NCBI GenBank assembly: GCA_964655435.1
Contig: CAZZMP010000004.1
Span: forward strand, 18,544 to 82,543
Source: an uncultured Geobacter sp.
GTDB taxonomy: Bacteria > Desulfobacterota > Desulfuromonadia > Geobacterales > Pseudopelobacteraceae
DNA: 64,000 bases
Reading direction: 5' to 3'
The position numbers and the translations under genes were made by a program. Position 1 is the first letter of the stretch. Each line of letters opens with the position of its first letter. The notes under the pieces are model-generated. The model was not told where the DNA came from. It ran no database searches and worked only from the letters and a program-made list of their open reading frames with translations. Positions 53,307 to 63,946 of this stretch are shown piece by piece.

Positions 53307-54330
53307 TCTGATTCAATCTCCATTAATTCACGCCTGCCCTGTAGATGACTCGTTTAAGACAGGGCTCTTGCGGCTGCAGCAACTTTTCAGCATCTATTCT
53401 TCAACATCTCCCGAGCCTCTCCCTGCTCCAGGTCTGGTAATCAGCCCTGAAATCCGTCTGCAGTCCGAACTTTACATGCCTGTAAACCGAATCAGGCAAC
53501 TGTTTTACCGTCTGTATGAAAAGAGCCTGAACTATTCGCCAATCTTAAGTAGTAGTCCGTTTTACAAAGCTCTAAGCTGGGCAGACTGCTATTCCAAATT
53601 TCCTGAATGGCTGCAGATCTCACCAAATCCTGCCATCTTGATTAAACATCTATTAAATGATGAACAGCTCCTGACTCGCTTTATCTTTTACTCATTCCTG
53701 CCAAAAAGGTTTAATGGCTCCGGTTTCGGGCGATATCCGAAACAACTGCTACAGATTAGCAGATGGCTCTCAGAACAATTTAATCGTCCTATAAGATTGC
53801 TGGATGCCGCATCAGGAACGGGAGAAGGCACATGGGAGCTACTCGAACTGTCTGCAAAAACAGGGATAAATAAAGAGCTGATAACAGTTGAAGGCTGGAC
53901 TCTTGAACCTCTGGAGGTCTGGGTTGCTGAGAAACAGGATATACCACACGAACTTGCACACTCTCAGAACTACAAATGCAGGGTCAAACCACTTTTGGAA
54001 CAAGAGTGGGGAAACCGAATCAGCTTCAAAGTGTTTGATCTGCTTTCAGAGCGCTGCGATCCTATGGTTTTTGACCTTATAATCTGTAATGGACTTATTG
54101 GAGGCCCAATAGTTAACCATCCTGTTCAAAACCGTCAGCTATTAAAAAACCTTACCGGAATGCTTGCCCCGGATGGAATCCTGTTACTGGCAGACCATTT
54201 TCATGGCGGATGGAAGAAAAAGGGTATCAGCTTAATCATTGAAAGGATGTTAAATGAATACGGATTTGAAATTAATCCGGCTGGCGAAGGAATTTCCGCC
54301 TTTAGAAGGGATAGACAATCTAATCTTTGA
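53248..54330 (+). CDS. Class I SAM-dependent methyltransferase-like protein (start uncertain)
   Basis: SAM motif I RLLDAASGTGEGTW and a post-motif DLIICNGLIGGP. The track ORF overlaps the mqn gene by 59 nt, so the true start may be downstream (for example ATG 53476). Confidence 0.55.
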   Translation: MPEKYRWSGIHFTTRFGVSDLIQSPLIHACPVDDSFKTGLLRLQQLFSIYSSTSPEPLPAPGLVISPEIRLQSELYMPVNRIRQLFYRLYEKSLNYSPILSSSPFYKALSWADCYSKFPEWLQISPNPAILIKHLLNDEQLLTRFIFYSFLPKRFNGSGFGRYPKQLLQISRWLSEQFNRPIRLLDAASGTGEGTWELLELSAKTGINKELITVEGWTLEPLEVWVAEKQDIPHELAHSQNYKCRVKPLLEQEWGNRISFKVFDLLSERCDPMVFDLIICNGLIGGPIVNHPVQNRQLLKNLTGMLAPDGILLLADHFHGGWKKKGISLIIERMLNEYGFEINPAGEGISAFRRDRQSNL

Positions 54331-54455
54331 CAGCAGTTTTCAGATTTTAATATCAGGATAGAGTGTTGCAAAAAAGGCTTATAGCACCGGCCAGACACTG
54401 TTCAATCTGACTGGCCGGTGAAATTGATCAACTCGGTGACAAAAGTTGAAACCAG

Positions 54456-54770
54456 TTATTTCATCTGTTTTTCCGGAGTCTGTATATCCTGCTTTTGAGA
54501 ACCAAGCTTAACCTGCTTTGAATTATGAAACTTGCCCTGGTTTGATACGTTAGGCTGAGTCACCAACTTTATCTGTTTTGAAGATATTTTGTCTTTGTTT
54601 TTACTGGAATAGGCAGGCGGAGTATCCGTTTTTGATTCTGCGGCCAATACATCTTCAACAGCAACTCCCAGCGACACCCCCAGAGATGCCACAACTGCTG
54701 CAACTGCGAGATTTTTCCCAAGTGAGCCAGAAGACTGTTTCAGTTCATGATTTTCCCCTGTTTTTTTCAT
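54456..54770 (-). CDS. Small secreted Lys/Ser-rich protein
   Basis: SD GGGGGAGA before ATG 54770. One hydrophobic segment (LAVAAVVASLGVSLGVAV) and a low-complexity tail. Confidence 0.5.
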   Translation of the reverse strand: MKKTGENHELKQSSGSLGKNLAVAAVVASLGVSLGVAVEDVLAAESKTDTPPAYSSKNKDKISSKQIKLVTQPNVSNQGKFHNSKQVKLGSQKQDIQTPEKQMK

Positions 54771-54784
54771 CCCATTCTCCCCCT

Positions 54785-55477
54785 TTATGGATTTAATGCG
54801 GCCCATTTTTTGACCGCCTTTATATGCAAGAGCATTTTTTCATCTATAGACTCAGGAATAGTAATCCCTGTTTCATTGCAATATTTTTCTACCATTCCAT
54901 CCATATCAACAATAGACAAATCATTGCCTTCAAGTTCACCCGAAGAGACAGCACGCACTGTATGAATAACAGCTTCGGTATTTGCAGACTCAGTTTCTCT
55001 GTCTTTTATAATCTCCAATAATAAGCATAGCAACTCCAGATATAGATCAGCGGCATTCATATATGGAAATGCAGCTTGTTCTTCAAGAAACTGTTCAATC
55101 CTCGAATTTTTATGCAATTCTCCCTGGCATCCATCCTCCAGCTTGATCTGCGAAAAGCTCTCATTACCTGTAAATTCAACATAACGGGCAAGCGGATACA
55201 AACGACAGACCAACGGCCTGTCTTTATGCACTGAACAACCTTCTGTTTTAAGAAAAATACAGGCACCATCGTCGTTAAACTTTAATATTGTACCGGCATT
55301 CTCAGTATAAAGATCAATGAAGTCAGCAGTTGAAACTCCACAATTCCTTGCCAGACGTGCAATCTCATATGGATTTAGCTGTATCTTCTTGAAACAGCAG
55401 CAAGAGAGGCAACGATTGCAAATAAAACCAAACAATGAATTACGTCTTAGGCCGGTTTTCTGGATAGCAAGTTCCAT
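54785..55477 (-). CDS. YkgJ-family cysteine-cluster protein (CxxCxxCC)
   Basis: CNRCLSCCCFKKIQLNPYE...GACIFL...CSVHKDRPLVCRLYP. Confidence 0.7.
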   Translation of the reverse strand: MELAIQKTGLRRNSLFGFICNRCLSCCCFKKIQLNPYEIARLARNCGVSTADFIDLYTENAGTILKFNDDGACIFLKTEGCSVHKDRPLVCRLYPLARYVEFTGNESFSQIKLEDGCQGELHKNSRIEQFLEEQAAFPYMNAADLYLELLCLLLEIIKDRETESANTEAVIHTVRAVSSGELEGNDLSIVDMDGMVEKYCNETGITIPESIDEKMLLHIKAVKKWAALNP

Positions 55478-55479
55478 CT

Positions 55480-56253
55480 CTAACGGAAAACCACAAATAT
55501 CTTTGCAATAAAAAAATCACACATTAGAATCAGTACGGATGATAGCACTACCGCCCTCTTGGCCGCCGCGCCTACCCCTTCTGCTCCACCACCGGTATTA
55601 AGGCCTGTCTGACATGAAATCATTGTAATAAGAAAGGCAAAAACTATTGGCTTTACAACCCCTTCAATATAATCAAGAGGCACCATAAACTGTGTAAAGG
55701 TAGATAGGTACATGGTTGGACTTATGCTGTAGCCGGTGGCAATCAGATAGCCTCCCAGCATCGAAATCGCATCCGTTACTATTGTGAGTAAAGGAAGAGC
55801 CACCAGCATAGCCTTAAGTCTGGGTGTAACCAGACGCTGGACGATGTCAGTACCTTCAACACGCATGGCATCAACCTGTTCAGTCACTACCATAGTCCCC
55901 AGCTCGGCAGTTATGGCGGAACCCACGCGGCCGGCAACCATTAACGAGGCCAGCACAGGTCCAAGTTCCTTAATCATGGTAACCGCCACCATTCCCCCAA
56001 CATAACTTGTAGCAGCAAACGGCTTAAGCTGAATCAACGCCTGTAGCGCCATAACCATACCGGTAAACAGGCCGGTAAGCAGGCAGATGAAAAGGGATGA
56101 AAAACCGAGCTTATCAAACTGGATAGCAAAATCACGGTAATAGTAAGGTTTGTGAAAAACACGCAGAAAGGCCTGCCATGAGAGGAAAAAAAAAGCCTGA
56201 AAACCTGCCAGGAATTTCAACATCCCCTGATCAATGGCAGAAAGATTTAACAT
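55480..56253 (-). CDS. mlaE: MlaE-family ABC transporter permease
   Basis: 257 aa with about 5 TM. GAATSYVGGMVAVTMIKELGPVLASLMVAGRVGSAITAELGTMVVTEQVDAM is the conserved MlaE/Ttg2B core. Confidence 0.85.
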   Translation of the reverse strand: MLNLSAIDQGMLKFLAGFQAFFFLSWQAFLRVFHKPYYYRDFAIQFDKLGFSSLFICLLTGLFTGMVMALQALIQLKPFAATSYVGGMVAVTMIKELGPVLASLMVAGRVGSAITAELGTMVVTEQVDAMRVEGTDIVQRLVTPRLKAMLVALPLLTIVTDAISMLGGYLIATGYSISPTMYLSTFTQFMVPLDYIEGVVKPIVFAFLITMISCQTGLNTGGGAEGVGAAAKRAVVLSSVLILMCDFFIAKIFVVFR

Positions 56254-56254
56254 G

Positions 56255-58579
56255 CTACAAAACCGCTGTTACAGCCTGCGCGGCATCATCAATAAAGAGG
56301 AATTCAAGCTCCTGACTGACATTTTTGGGTATATCTTCAAGGTCATCCTTATTGCGGGATGGAGCAAGAACGGTCTTTACACCAGCACGATGAGCAGCCA
56401 GCACTTTTTCCTTAAGTCCACCTATAGCAAGCACCCTTCCGGTAAGGGTGACTTCACCGGTCATAGCAACACTTCTACGGGCAGGTCTGTTCGTTAGTAA
56501 CGAGACCAGAGCTGTAACCATTGTAACACCGGCTGAAGGGCCATCCTTTGGAATCGCCCCTGATGGGACATGTATATGAATGGTTCTGTTTTCAAATGCC
56601 TTATCTTCAATACCAAACTCGGAGGCATGAGCCTGAATATATGAAAGCGCCGCCCTTGCCGATTCCTTCATTACATCACCCAGGGAGCCGGTAAGTATAA
56701 GTTCGGCTTTGCCAGGCATGCTGGTTGCCTCTATAAACAGTATATCACCACCACTCTCCGTCCAGGCAAGACCGGTTACAATTCCAACCCTGTCAGATTC
56801 TGCGGCAACTTCATTGTAAAATTTACGAGGCCCCAGAAGTTCTGTAACCACCTCAGGAGTAATCTCGCTACGAGCCTCCTTGCCCTGGGTTATCTCCTTG
56901 GCAACCTTCCGCAAAACCTGGGCAACGGTACGCTGGAGGTTTCGAACACCTGCCTCACGGGTATATTCCCTGATAATCCTGGTCAGCCCTTCGATTGTAA
57001 ACTGTGGCGGCATATTAGCAAGCCCGTTTTCCTCAATCTCGCGTGGGATGATAAAATTATTGGCAATATGCTGTTTTTCTTCACTTGAATAACCTGCAAG
57101 CCGGATGATTTCCATCCTGTCTTTTAATGGACCGGGAATAGGATCCATCTGGTTGGCGGTTGTTATGAACATTACCTTTGACAAATCAAACGGGACGTCA
57201 AGATAGTGATCCTGAAAAGAAAAATTCTGTTCAGGGTCAAGCACCTCCAGCAAAGCCGAAGAGGGATCACCCCTGAAATCGTGGGAAAGCTTGTCAATCT
57301 CATCCAGCATAAGCACCGGATTGTTTGAGCCGCAGCGGTATATTTCCTTGATTATCCTTCCTGGCAGCGCACCTATATATGTTCGACGATGCCCACGGAT
57401 CTCGGCTTCATCCCGTACCCCTCCCAGTGACACTCTCACAAACTTCCTGCCCATAGAGCGTGCAATCGAACGTCCCAGAGATGTCTTTCCAACCCCCGGA
57501 GGACCTACAAAACACAAAACAGGCCCTTTCATGGTCTCCTTAAGCGATCTGACCGCCAGAAATTCAAGAATCCGTTCCTTTACTTTTTTAAGATTGTAAT
57601 GATCCTCATCCAGAACCTTTTCAGCATTCACAATGTCCAGAGAATCCTCTGTTGATATATTCCAGGGCATGCCGGCCAGATAATCCAGATATGTTCTTGA
57701 TACGTTGTACTCTGGAGAAGCCTGATTGATCCGCTCCAGTCGCTTCAGCTCCTTCAGGGCAATTTTACGAACGTCGTCCGGCATATCGGCATCGTCAATC
57801 CTTTTACGTAAATCAACTATATCAGCATTGCGGGGATCCTCATCACCCAACTCCTCCTGAATCTGTTTCATCTGTTCGCGCAGGATATAGTCCTTCTGGT
57901 TTTTACCCACACGCTTGTTCAGTTCTGTCTTAAGCTCGGAGTGAACCTGAAGCTTCTGAACCTCGTTGGTCAAATGCACATAAACCTTCTTCAACCTTTC
58001 AAGCGGATCGATCGTTTCCAGAAGTTCCTGAAGATCGGTCTGAGGCAGATTTACATAAAGAGCCACAAGGTCAGACAGCCTGGCCGGATTATCAATATAA
58101 TCAATCATCTTCATAACATCATCAGGAAGAGGTTTACCGTAGGAGAGAGAAATCTTGAGCAGACCGATAAGAGACTGCACCAATGCTTCAGTAACAAGCC
58201 CCTTTTCTGCAAACTCCCTGATTACCTCAATAGTAACAAGAGAATATGAATGAGATTCTTCCAGTTCGCCGATTCTTATCCGGTTGACCCCTTCAAGAAT
58301 CACCTTAAATCTGCCGCCTGAAACCTTTTTCACCTGTGTAATACGGCAGACTGTACCAATTTCATGCAGATTTTCTAGGAGAACCTTAGAGGCCGACTTT
58401 TCTTGCCTGCGAGGAAAGACTACAGCAATGAAGCTTCCGTATAGTTCCTGTGACTCACGAAACAGAACCATCTCCGGCTCATCAAGATAAAGAGGAAATA
58501 CCATGTACGGAAATGCAACCATATCCTTCAGCAGGTATAGAGGTAGAACTTCAGGTATGCTAAGTTCATTGTGTGGCAT
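56255..58579 (-). CDS. lon: ATP-dependent Lon protease
   Basis: 774 aa. LON N-domain, Walker A GPPGVGKTS, and a protease domain with PKDGPSAGVTM. Confidence 0.95.
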   Translation of the reverse strand: MPHNELSIPEVLPLYLLKDMVAFPYMVFPLYLDEPEMVLFRESQELYGSFIAVVFPRRQEKSASKVLLENLHEIGTVCRITQVKKVSGGRFKVILEGVNRIRIGELEESHSYSLVTIEVIREFAEKGLVTEALVQSLIGLLKISLSYGKPLPDDVMKMIDYIDNPARLSDLVALYVNLPQTDLQELLETIDPLERLKKVYVHLTNEVQKLQVHSELKTELNKRVGKNQKDYILREQMKQIQEELGDEDPRNADIVDLRKRIDDADMPDDVRKIALKELKRLERINQASPEYNVSRTYLDYLAGMPWNISTEDSLDIVNAEKVLDEDHYNLKKVKERILEFLAVRSLKETMKGPVLCFVGPPGVGKTSLGRSIARSMGRKFVRVSLGGVRDEAEIRGHRRTYIGALPGRIIKEIYRCGSNNPVLMLDEIDKLSHDFRGDPSSALLEVLDPEQNFSFQDHYLDVPFDLSKVMFITTANQMDPIPGPLKDRMEIIRLAGYSSEEKQHIANNFIIPREIEENGLANMPPQFTIEGLTRIIREYTREAGVRNLQRTVAQVLRKVAKEITQGKEARSEITPEVVTELLGPRKFYNEVAAESDRVGIVTGLAWTESGGDILFIEATSMPGKAELILTGSLGDVMKESARAALSYIQAHASEFGIEDKAFENRTIHIHVPSGAIPKDGPSAGVTMVTALVSLLTNRPARRSVAMTGEVTLTGRVLAIGGLKEKVLAAHRAGVKTVLAPSRNKDDLEDIPKNVSQELEFLFIDDAAQAVTAVL

Positions 58580-58871
58580 GTTATAGTTTTTCTCCGGAAA
58601 GCACTGTTTGATATTATATTTTAATGAAAAAACCCGAATGACTCATTCATAAACATCGTATATACCCTTGATCTAACTGTCAATCATCTATTTTATCGGT
58701 TCTTGCTCCTGTTTTTAATCTTCTGGTCGTCAAGTATTATATTTGCATCTGAACATCTGATCTCTGTTTTTGACAAGATAAAGATTCCGCTTCTGTAATG
58801 ATTGACGCATATAAATCATCAATGCTAAAAAAGAACGCTTTATTCTCCCTTTTAAGCAAGGAAAAACTACT

Positions 58872-60146
58872 ATGCTAGACATGAAATTAATCCGTGAAAA
58901 TTTTGAACAGGCAGAATCATCACTGGCCACACGTAACGCTAACATTTCTTTGAGCGGTTTTATGGATCTTGACGAAAAGAGACGCCGTCTGCTGCTTGAG
59001 ACAGAGACACTTAAAGCGATGAAAAACAGCGTCTCTGAAGAGATAGCAAAGGTTAAGGACAAGAGCACCGTCAAGGATCGTATCGCCGAGATGAAAGATG
59101 TCTCCGCAAGGATAAAGAGCCTTGACGAGGAATTAAAGCTCGTTGAAGAAGAACTTTCCAGACTCCTCATGACTGTTCCAAATCTTCCCCACCCGACCAC
59201 ACCAATTGGCAAATCGGAAGATGAGAACGTTGAGATTCGCAAATGGGGAGCTCCGAAAACATTTGATTTTGTCCCCAAATCTCACTGGGATCTGGGAGAA
59301 GAGCTTGGCATACTTGATTTTGAAAGGGCTGCCAAAATTACAGGAGCCAGATTCTGCCTGTATAAAGCTGCCGGCGCGCGTCTGGAAAGGGCTCTTATAA
59401 GCTTTATGCTTGATCTGCACACAACCGAACATGGCTATACAGAAGTTCTGCCACCATTCATGGTCAACCGTGCCAGCATGACTGCCACAGGCCAGCTGCC
59501 AAAGTTTGAGGAAGACCTGTTCAGGCTTATGGATCCTGACTATCTGTTAATCCCTACTGCCGAGGTTCCGGTTACAAACATCCATCGTGACGAGATCCTT
59601 AAAAACAGCGAACTGCCAATCAGTTATGCAGCCTACACCCCCTGTTTTCGTCGTGAGGCAGGTTCTTACGGCAAGGACACACGAGGGCTTATCCGTCAGC
59701 ACCAATTCAACAAAGTAGAGCTAGTAAAATTCGTGAACCCTGCTGAATCTGATTCCGAACTGGAAAAACTGACCGGCCATGCAGAAAAAGTACTCCAACT
59801 TCTGCAGCTTCCATACAGGGTAATGGCTCTCTGCTCAGGCGACATCGGGTTTTCCTCATGCAAGACTTACGATCTTGAAGTCTGGCTGCCTGGTCAGAGC
59901 ACTTATCGGGAGATATCATCCTGCAGCAGTTTTGGAGATTTTCAGGCTCGCAGGGCTGGCATCCGTTTCAGGGAAGAAGAAAAGAACAAGCCGGAATTTG
60001 TGCATACTATTAACGGCTCCGGCCTTGCAGTGGGTCGCACACTGGTTGCCATTCTTGAAAACTACCAGCAGGCTGATGGTTCAATAGTTATACCGACAGT
60101 GCTTCGCGGCTATATGGGTGGAATGGAACGAATAGCAAGATGCTGA
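58872..60146 (+). CDS. serS: Seryl-tRNA synthetase
   Basis: [13 protein letters not shown], a coiled-coil arm, and class II motifs ([39 protein letters not shown]). Confidence 0.95.
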   Translation: MLDMKLIRENFEQAESSLATRNANISLSGFMDLDEKRRRLLLETETLKAMKNSVSEEIAKVKDKSTVKDRIAEMKDVSARIKSLDEELKLVEEELSRLLMTVPNLPHPTTPIGKSEDENVEIRKWGAPKTFDFVPKSHWDLGEELGILDFERAAKITGARFCLYKAAGARLERALISFMLDLHTTEHGYTEVLPPFMVNRASMTATGQLPKFEEDLFRLMDPDYLLIPTAEVPVTNIHRDEILKNSELPISYAAYTPCFRREAGSYGKDTRGLIRQHQFNKVELVKFVNPAESDSELEKLTGHAEKVLQLLQLPYRVMALCSGDIGFSSCKTYDLEVWLPGQSTYREISSCSSFGDFQARRAGIRFREEEKNKPEFVHTINGSGLAVGRTLVAILENYQQADGSIVIPTVLRGYMGGMERIARC

Positions 60147-60517
60147 AAGAAGCTGACAAATCAACCATCCCAGGGGTTAAACGTCCAGTAATTGCCATCC
60201 TGCTTTCAGCATTTATCTTGCCAGGATTGGGACAACTATATCTTGGCAGGAGGATAAAGGGAGCAATACTGATAGTAGCAGTAAATCTTCTGCTAATGGC
60301 CTCCCTCTTTTTTGTAATGAAGCTCTCCTCGCCACTGATTGCCGCGCGTATCTCAGGCGAACCATTGACCGCAGCCTTATTATTAAAGCAGATAGAACCT
60401 TACAGAAGCTGGGCCAGATTGATACTTGCAGGTTTTTTCGGATTGTGGGGATTCAGCCTTATTGATCTTTTCAGCGCGTTCAGGGAAGAAAACAGCAATC
60501 AGAATATGGAGAGATAA
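60140..60517 (+). CDS. Small membrane protein (3 TM)
   Basis: 125-aa ORF overlapping the serS stop. Three hydrophobic helices. Confidence 0.55.
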   Translation: MLKEADKSTIPGVKRPVIAILLSAFILPGLGQLYLGRRIKGAILIVAVNLLLMASLFFVMKLSSPLIAARISGEPLTAALLLKQIEPYRSWARLILAGFFGLWGFSLIDLFSAFREENSNQNMER

Positions 60518-60532
60518 ATCGCCTGAAACGCT

Positions 60533-61072
60533 TTATCCTGTAAAACGCAAGGTCAGCCATATAACAACAGCATAACGAGCCGCCTTGCCAACTGCTACCA
60601 ACAGGAAAAATCTCCAGAAACGGAGTTTCAAGATCCCCCCTACAAGAGTCAAAGGATCTCCTACAACCGGAAGCCAGGAGAAAAGAAGGGATATCATCCC
60701 GTAACGGTTGTACCACTCTTCAGCTCTTTGTCTCTGGCTGTCACTTATCCTGAAAACTCTTCCAAGCAACAGCTCTCCTCCATAACATCCAGCAATCCAG
60801 GTAGTGCAAGCCCCGAGGATATTTCCTGCACTGGCTGTAAAAAAGGCGGCAAGAGGGCAGTATCCATTAAGAAGCATCAAGACCAGAAGCCATTCTGAGC
60901 CAACCGGAATCAGGCTTGATGCCAGAAAGCTGATGACAAAAAGAGAGGGATAACCGCTCTGCTGTAACCATGGAAACTGTACGAGTAGAGATGTCAGAAA
61001 GCCGTTGTCAAAATAGTTCACATAACGTACCTTTACCTTCAGAGCTTTAGAGAGTGTAATCGAAAAAATCAT
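60533..61072 (-). CDS. YqaA/DedA-related membrane protein
   Basis: SLIPVGSEWLLVLML...LSWLPVVGDPLTLVGGILKLRFWRF is typical of the YqaA family. Confidence 0.75.
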   Translation of the reverse strand: MIFSITLSKALKVKVRYVNYFDNGFLTSLLVQFPWLQQSGYPSLFVISFLASSLIPVGSEWLLVLMLLNGYCPLAAFFTASAGNILGACTTWIAGCYGGELLLGRVFRISDSQRQRAEEWYNRYGMISLLFSWLPVVGDPLTLVGGILKLRFWRFFLLVAVGKAARYAVVIWLTLRFTG

Positions 61073-61090
61073 TCAGGAACAGAGAGAAAC

Positions 61091-62098
61091 ATGGCAAAGC
61101 AGGGCAAACCTACAGGCCATTATACCCAGGCAGCACGGCTTCATACCGTTATCCGCCTGATTGAATCCCGTAACGGTATAAATCTTGAAGAGCTGGTTGA
61201 AGAAACAGGAGTGGATCTTAGAACTGTTCACAGAGATCTTGCTGCAATACAGGAGGCGGGTTACCCTTTAACTTCAAGACGCGAAGATGGACGGATGCTC
61301 TACAGCTTTATGACCAGTAGCCGGCAGATTCAACCTGTTACCTTCACACTTGAGGAACTTGTTTCGCTCCATTTACTGAAGGCCTGCGCCGGACTTCTTC
61401 CTTCCGAGCCTTTCGGAGCCGAAATTGAAAACATCTTCTCAAAGATTCACTCAGCCCTGCCACCTCGCTCTGTTGCTCATCTCGAAAGGATTGCGCGGGT
61501 TTCACTCCCCCGTTTTCAGGGAACAAGAACATATTCCGGCTCTTTAAAACTTCTCTCTGAACTACGGCGTGCCTTATTGTACCAGTTTACGGTAAAGATC
61601 AGTTACAACCGAAGCGGCAAAGAACACGGAATTTATGAGCTGGATCCGTATACCCTTGTGCTTGCCAAGGGTGGGATCTATCTTCTGGCATTCGCTAAAA
61701 ACCGTAATGCAATTCGACTTTTTGCAATCGAACGGATCTCCGAACTGACAGTTACCAAACGAAGATTCGAGATCTCTCCGGGGTTTACCCCTGAAAATCA
61801 CTTTAGTGATGCATTTGCGCTTGTAACTGACAAGACGATGCAGATAAAGATACGTTTTGATAACGAAGTCGCTCACCTGATAAGGGATAGATTCTGGAAA
61901 AAAGACCAGAAGGTTATTAACGAACCTGACGGTTCTGTAACCTTATACTTTGAGGCTGCAGGCACTCTTGAAATAATGGCCTGGGTACTATCCTACGGAA
62001 AGCATGCCGAGCTTTTGGAACCACCAGAATTAAGAAAGGAATTAAGGCAGCAGATAAAAGGGCTGCGCGAGATCTACAGGAAAAAGGGAAAAGACTAA
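61091..62098 (+). CDS. HTH + WYL domain transcriptional regulator
   Basis: N-terminal wHTH (RLHTVIRLIESRNGINLEELVEETGVDLRTVHRDL). WYL-type core YELDPYTLVLAKGGIYLLAF and a C-terminal WCX-like region. Confidence 0.75.
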   Translation: MAKQGKPTGHYTQAARLHTVIRLIESRNGINLEELVEETGVDLRTVHRDLAAIQEAGYPLTSRREDGRMLYSFMTSSRQIQPVTFTLEELVSLHLLKACAGLLPSEPFGAEIENIFSKIHSALPPRSVAHLERIARVSLPRFQGTRTYSGSLKLLSELRRALLYQFTVKISYNRSGKEHGIYELDPYTLVLAKGGIYLLAFAKNRNAIRLFAIERISELTVTKRRFEISPGFTPENHFSDAFALVTDKTMQIKIRFDNEVAHLIRDRFWKKDQKVINEPDGSVTLYFEAAGTLEIMAWVLSYGKHAELLEPPELRKELRQQIKGLREIYRKKGKD

Positions 62099-62141
62099 GA
62101 GTCCTCAACCCTTTACCACTGTCCTCGACAATCACAAAGCT

Positions 62142-63278
62142 ATGAACGTAAACAGATTAGAGACAATTATTTCCGACCGCATCAGATTAAAAGGCCCAAT
62201 TACCTTTGCTGAATATATGACAGCATGCCTTTACGAACCGGAAACAGGCTATTACACCTCGCCTGGGCGCAAAGTTGGAACGGAAGGTGATTTTTACACC
62301 AGTATCAATGTTCATGCCACATTCGGCAGGGTAATAGCCCGTGAAATAGAGGCATGCTGGCGTTCGATTGGCTCACCAGAAGAATTCACTCTGGTTGAGG
62401 CCGGGGCAGGACATGGACGCCTGGCCTGTGACATCATGGACTTCCTCTCGGAACAGAAAACAGACTGCTATGCCGCAACCAAATTGGTTCTGGTAGAAAA
62501 AGAACCTTCACTTGCAGGGGCTCAGGCATCCCTTCTTTCCGCTCATTTACAAAAGCTCTCCTGGCTCACCCCCGATGAACTCAAGGATTTCCGATTCACC
62601 GGAGTTCTTTACTCTAACGAACTACTCGATGCCATGCCGGTTCACCGTGTGATAATGACACCCCAGGGACTGAGGGAGTTTTATGTAACCATTAATGAAG
62701 GAAAATTTCAGGAACTTGCCGAATCCCCTTCCAGCCCGGAACTTGAGGCATACCTGACTCGATATGGCATACCTCTCCACCCCGGGCAGGAGGCAGAAAT
62801 CTCACTGGCTGGACTAAAATGGTTTGAAACAGTTGCCTCTTCCTTACAGCGGGGGTTTATACTGACTATAGATTATGGCTGGCCAAAAGTGGAGCTGTAT
62901 GCCCCTGAGCGCAATATGGGAACGCTTCTCTGCTATTACAAACATACAGTTGAGGACAACCCATATCATCGAATAGGAGAGCAGGACATTACTACACATG
63001 TAAACTTCAGTACACTGATTGAACGTGGAGAAGAACTGGGGTTAAAGACCCTCTGGTTCGGTGAGCAATCCCGTTTTCTAATTTCATCCGGCATTATTGA
63101 AGAGCTTGAAGCTATAGAGGCCTCTGACATGACAGACAAAGACAAACTTAAACTCCGTCTCACAATAAAAAGACTCATAATGCCTGAAGGTGGAATGGGC
63201 GACACATTTAAAGTGCTTGTTCAATCCAAAGGGTTTGTTGAACCAAAACTGGCATGCATCAGAGGTATCGGCATATGA
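62142..63278 (+). CDS. SAM-dependent methyltransferase, MidA/NDUFAF7 (DUF185) family
   Basis: PITFAEYMTACLYEPETGYYT...LVEAGAGHGRLACDI...VLYSNELLDAMPVH...DITTHVNFS. Confidence 0.8.
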   Translation: MNVNRLETIISDRIRLKGPITFAEYMTACLYEPETGYYTSPGRKVGTEGDFYTSINVHATFGRVIAREIEACWRSIGSPEEFTLVEAGAGHGRLACDIMDFLSEQKTDCYAATKLVLVEKEPSLAGAQASLLSAHLQKLSWLTPDELKDFRFTGVLYSNELLDAMPVHRVIMTPQGLREFYVTINEGKFQELAESPSSPELEAYLTRYGIPLHPGQEAEISLAGLKWFETVASSLQRGFILTIDYGWPKVELYAPERNMGTLLCYYKHTVEDNPYHRIGEQDITTHVNFSTLIERGEELGLKTLWFGEQSRFLISSGIIEELEAIEASDMTDKDKLKLRLTIKRLIMPEGGMGDTFKVLVQSKGFVEPKLACIRGIGI

Positions 63279-63934
63279 CAGCTGTAACACTTAAAGAAAT
63301 GGATATCAGAGCGATTGTCTTTGATCTGGATGGGACATTATATATGTCTGAACCTTTTGAAAAGGCTATATGGGAATCAGTTTCCCGCTATGCGGCAGAA
63401 CTTCTTGGAACAGATCCTGATGAAGCTGGCAGGCAGCTACGCACAGTCCGTCAACGTCTTTCGGAAGAAAGGGGCTCAGCACAGACTCTGGCTGTAACCA
63501 TACAGTTTATGGGTGGCACTATGCAGGAAATGCATCGTCATTTTGCCGAGGATCTCGATCCGGAACATCTTATACAGCCCGATACTCGCGTGAAACCTCT
63601 TATTGATAAACTGGCGAGACTTTATACCTGCTGGTTGCTGACTAATAACAATCAACGCCTTACTGCCAGGATTCTCTCACATCTAGATCTTGAGCAGAGC
63701 TTCAAGAGAGTTATTACAATAAATGAAAGCTGGCGTCCAAAACCTGACCAGGAGATCCTTGATAAGATACTTTCAGAACTCGGAGAACCTCCTGCACAAG
63801 TCCTGTTTGTCGGAGACAGGTATGATATCGATCTTCATCTGCCGGAGCAGATGGGCTGCCCGGTTTTATTGACCAAAACAGTTGATGAGCTGATGCAGCT
63901 TGAGATGTTGATACAGTTAAACAAAAACAGATAA
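63275..63934 (+). CDS. HAD-superfamily hydrolase
   Basis: ATGA overlap with the upstream stop. Motif I IVFDLDGTLY, motif II LLTNN, and motif IV VGDRYDIDL. Confidence 0.8.
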   Translation: MTAVTLKEMDIRAIVFDLDGTLYMSEPFEKAIWESVSRYAAELLGTDPDEAGRQLRTVRQRLSEERGSAQTLAVTIQFMGGTMQEMHRHFAEDLDPEHLIQPDTRVKPLIDKLARLYTCWLLTNNNQRLTARILSHLDLEQSFKRVITINESWRPKPDQEILDKILSELGEPPAQVLFVGDRYDIDLHLPEQMGCPVLLTKTVDELMQLEMLIQLNKNR

Positions 63935-63946
63935 GGAGCTCAGACC

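Noticed and set aside
58730-59278. 182-aa minus-strand ORF overlapping the serS 5' region
   Set aside because: It is antisense to a very well supported serS gene and has low-complexity Ser/Leu/Phe composition with no motif. This is a typical shadow ORF.
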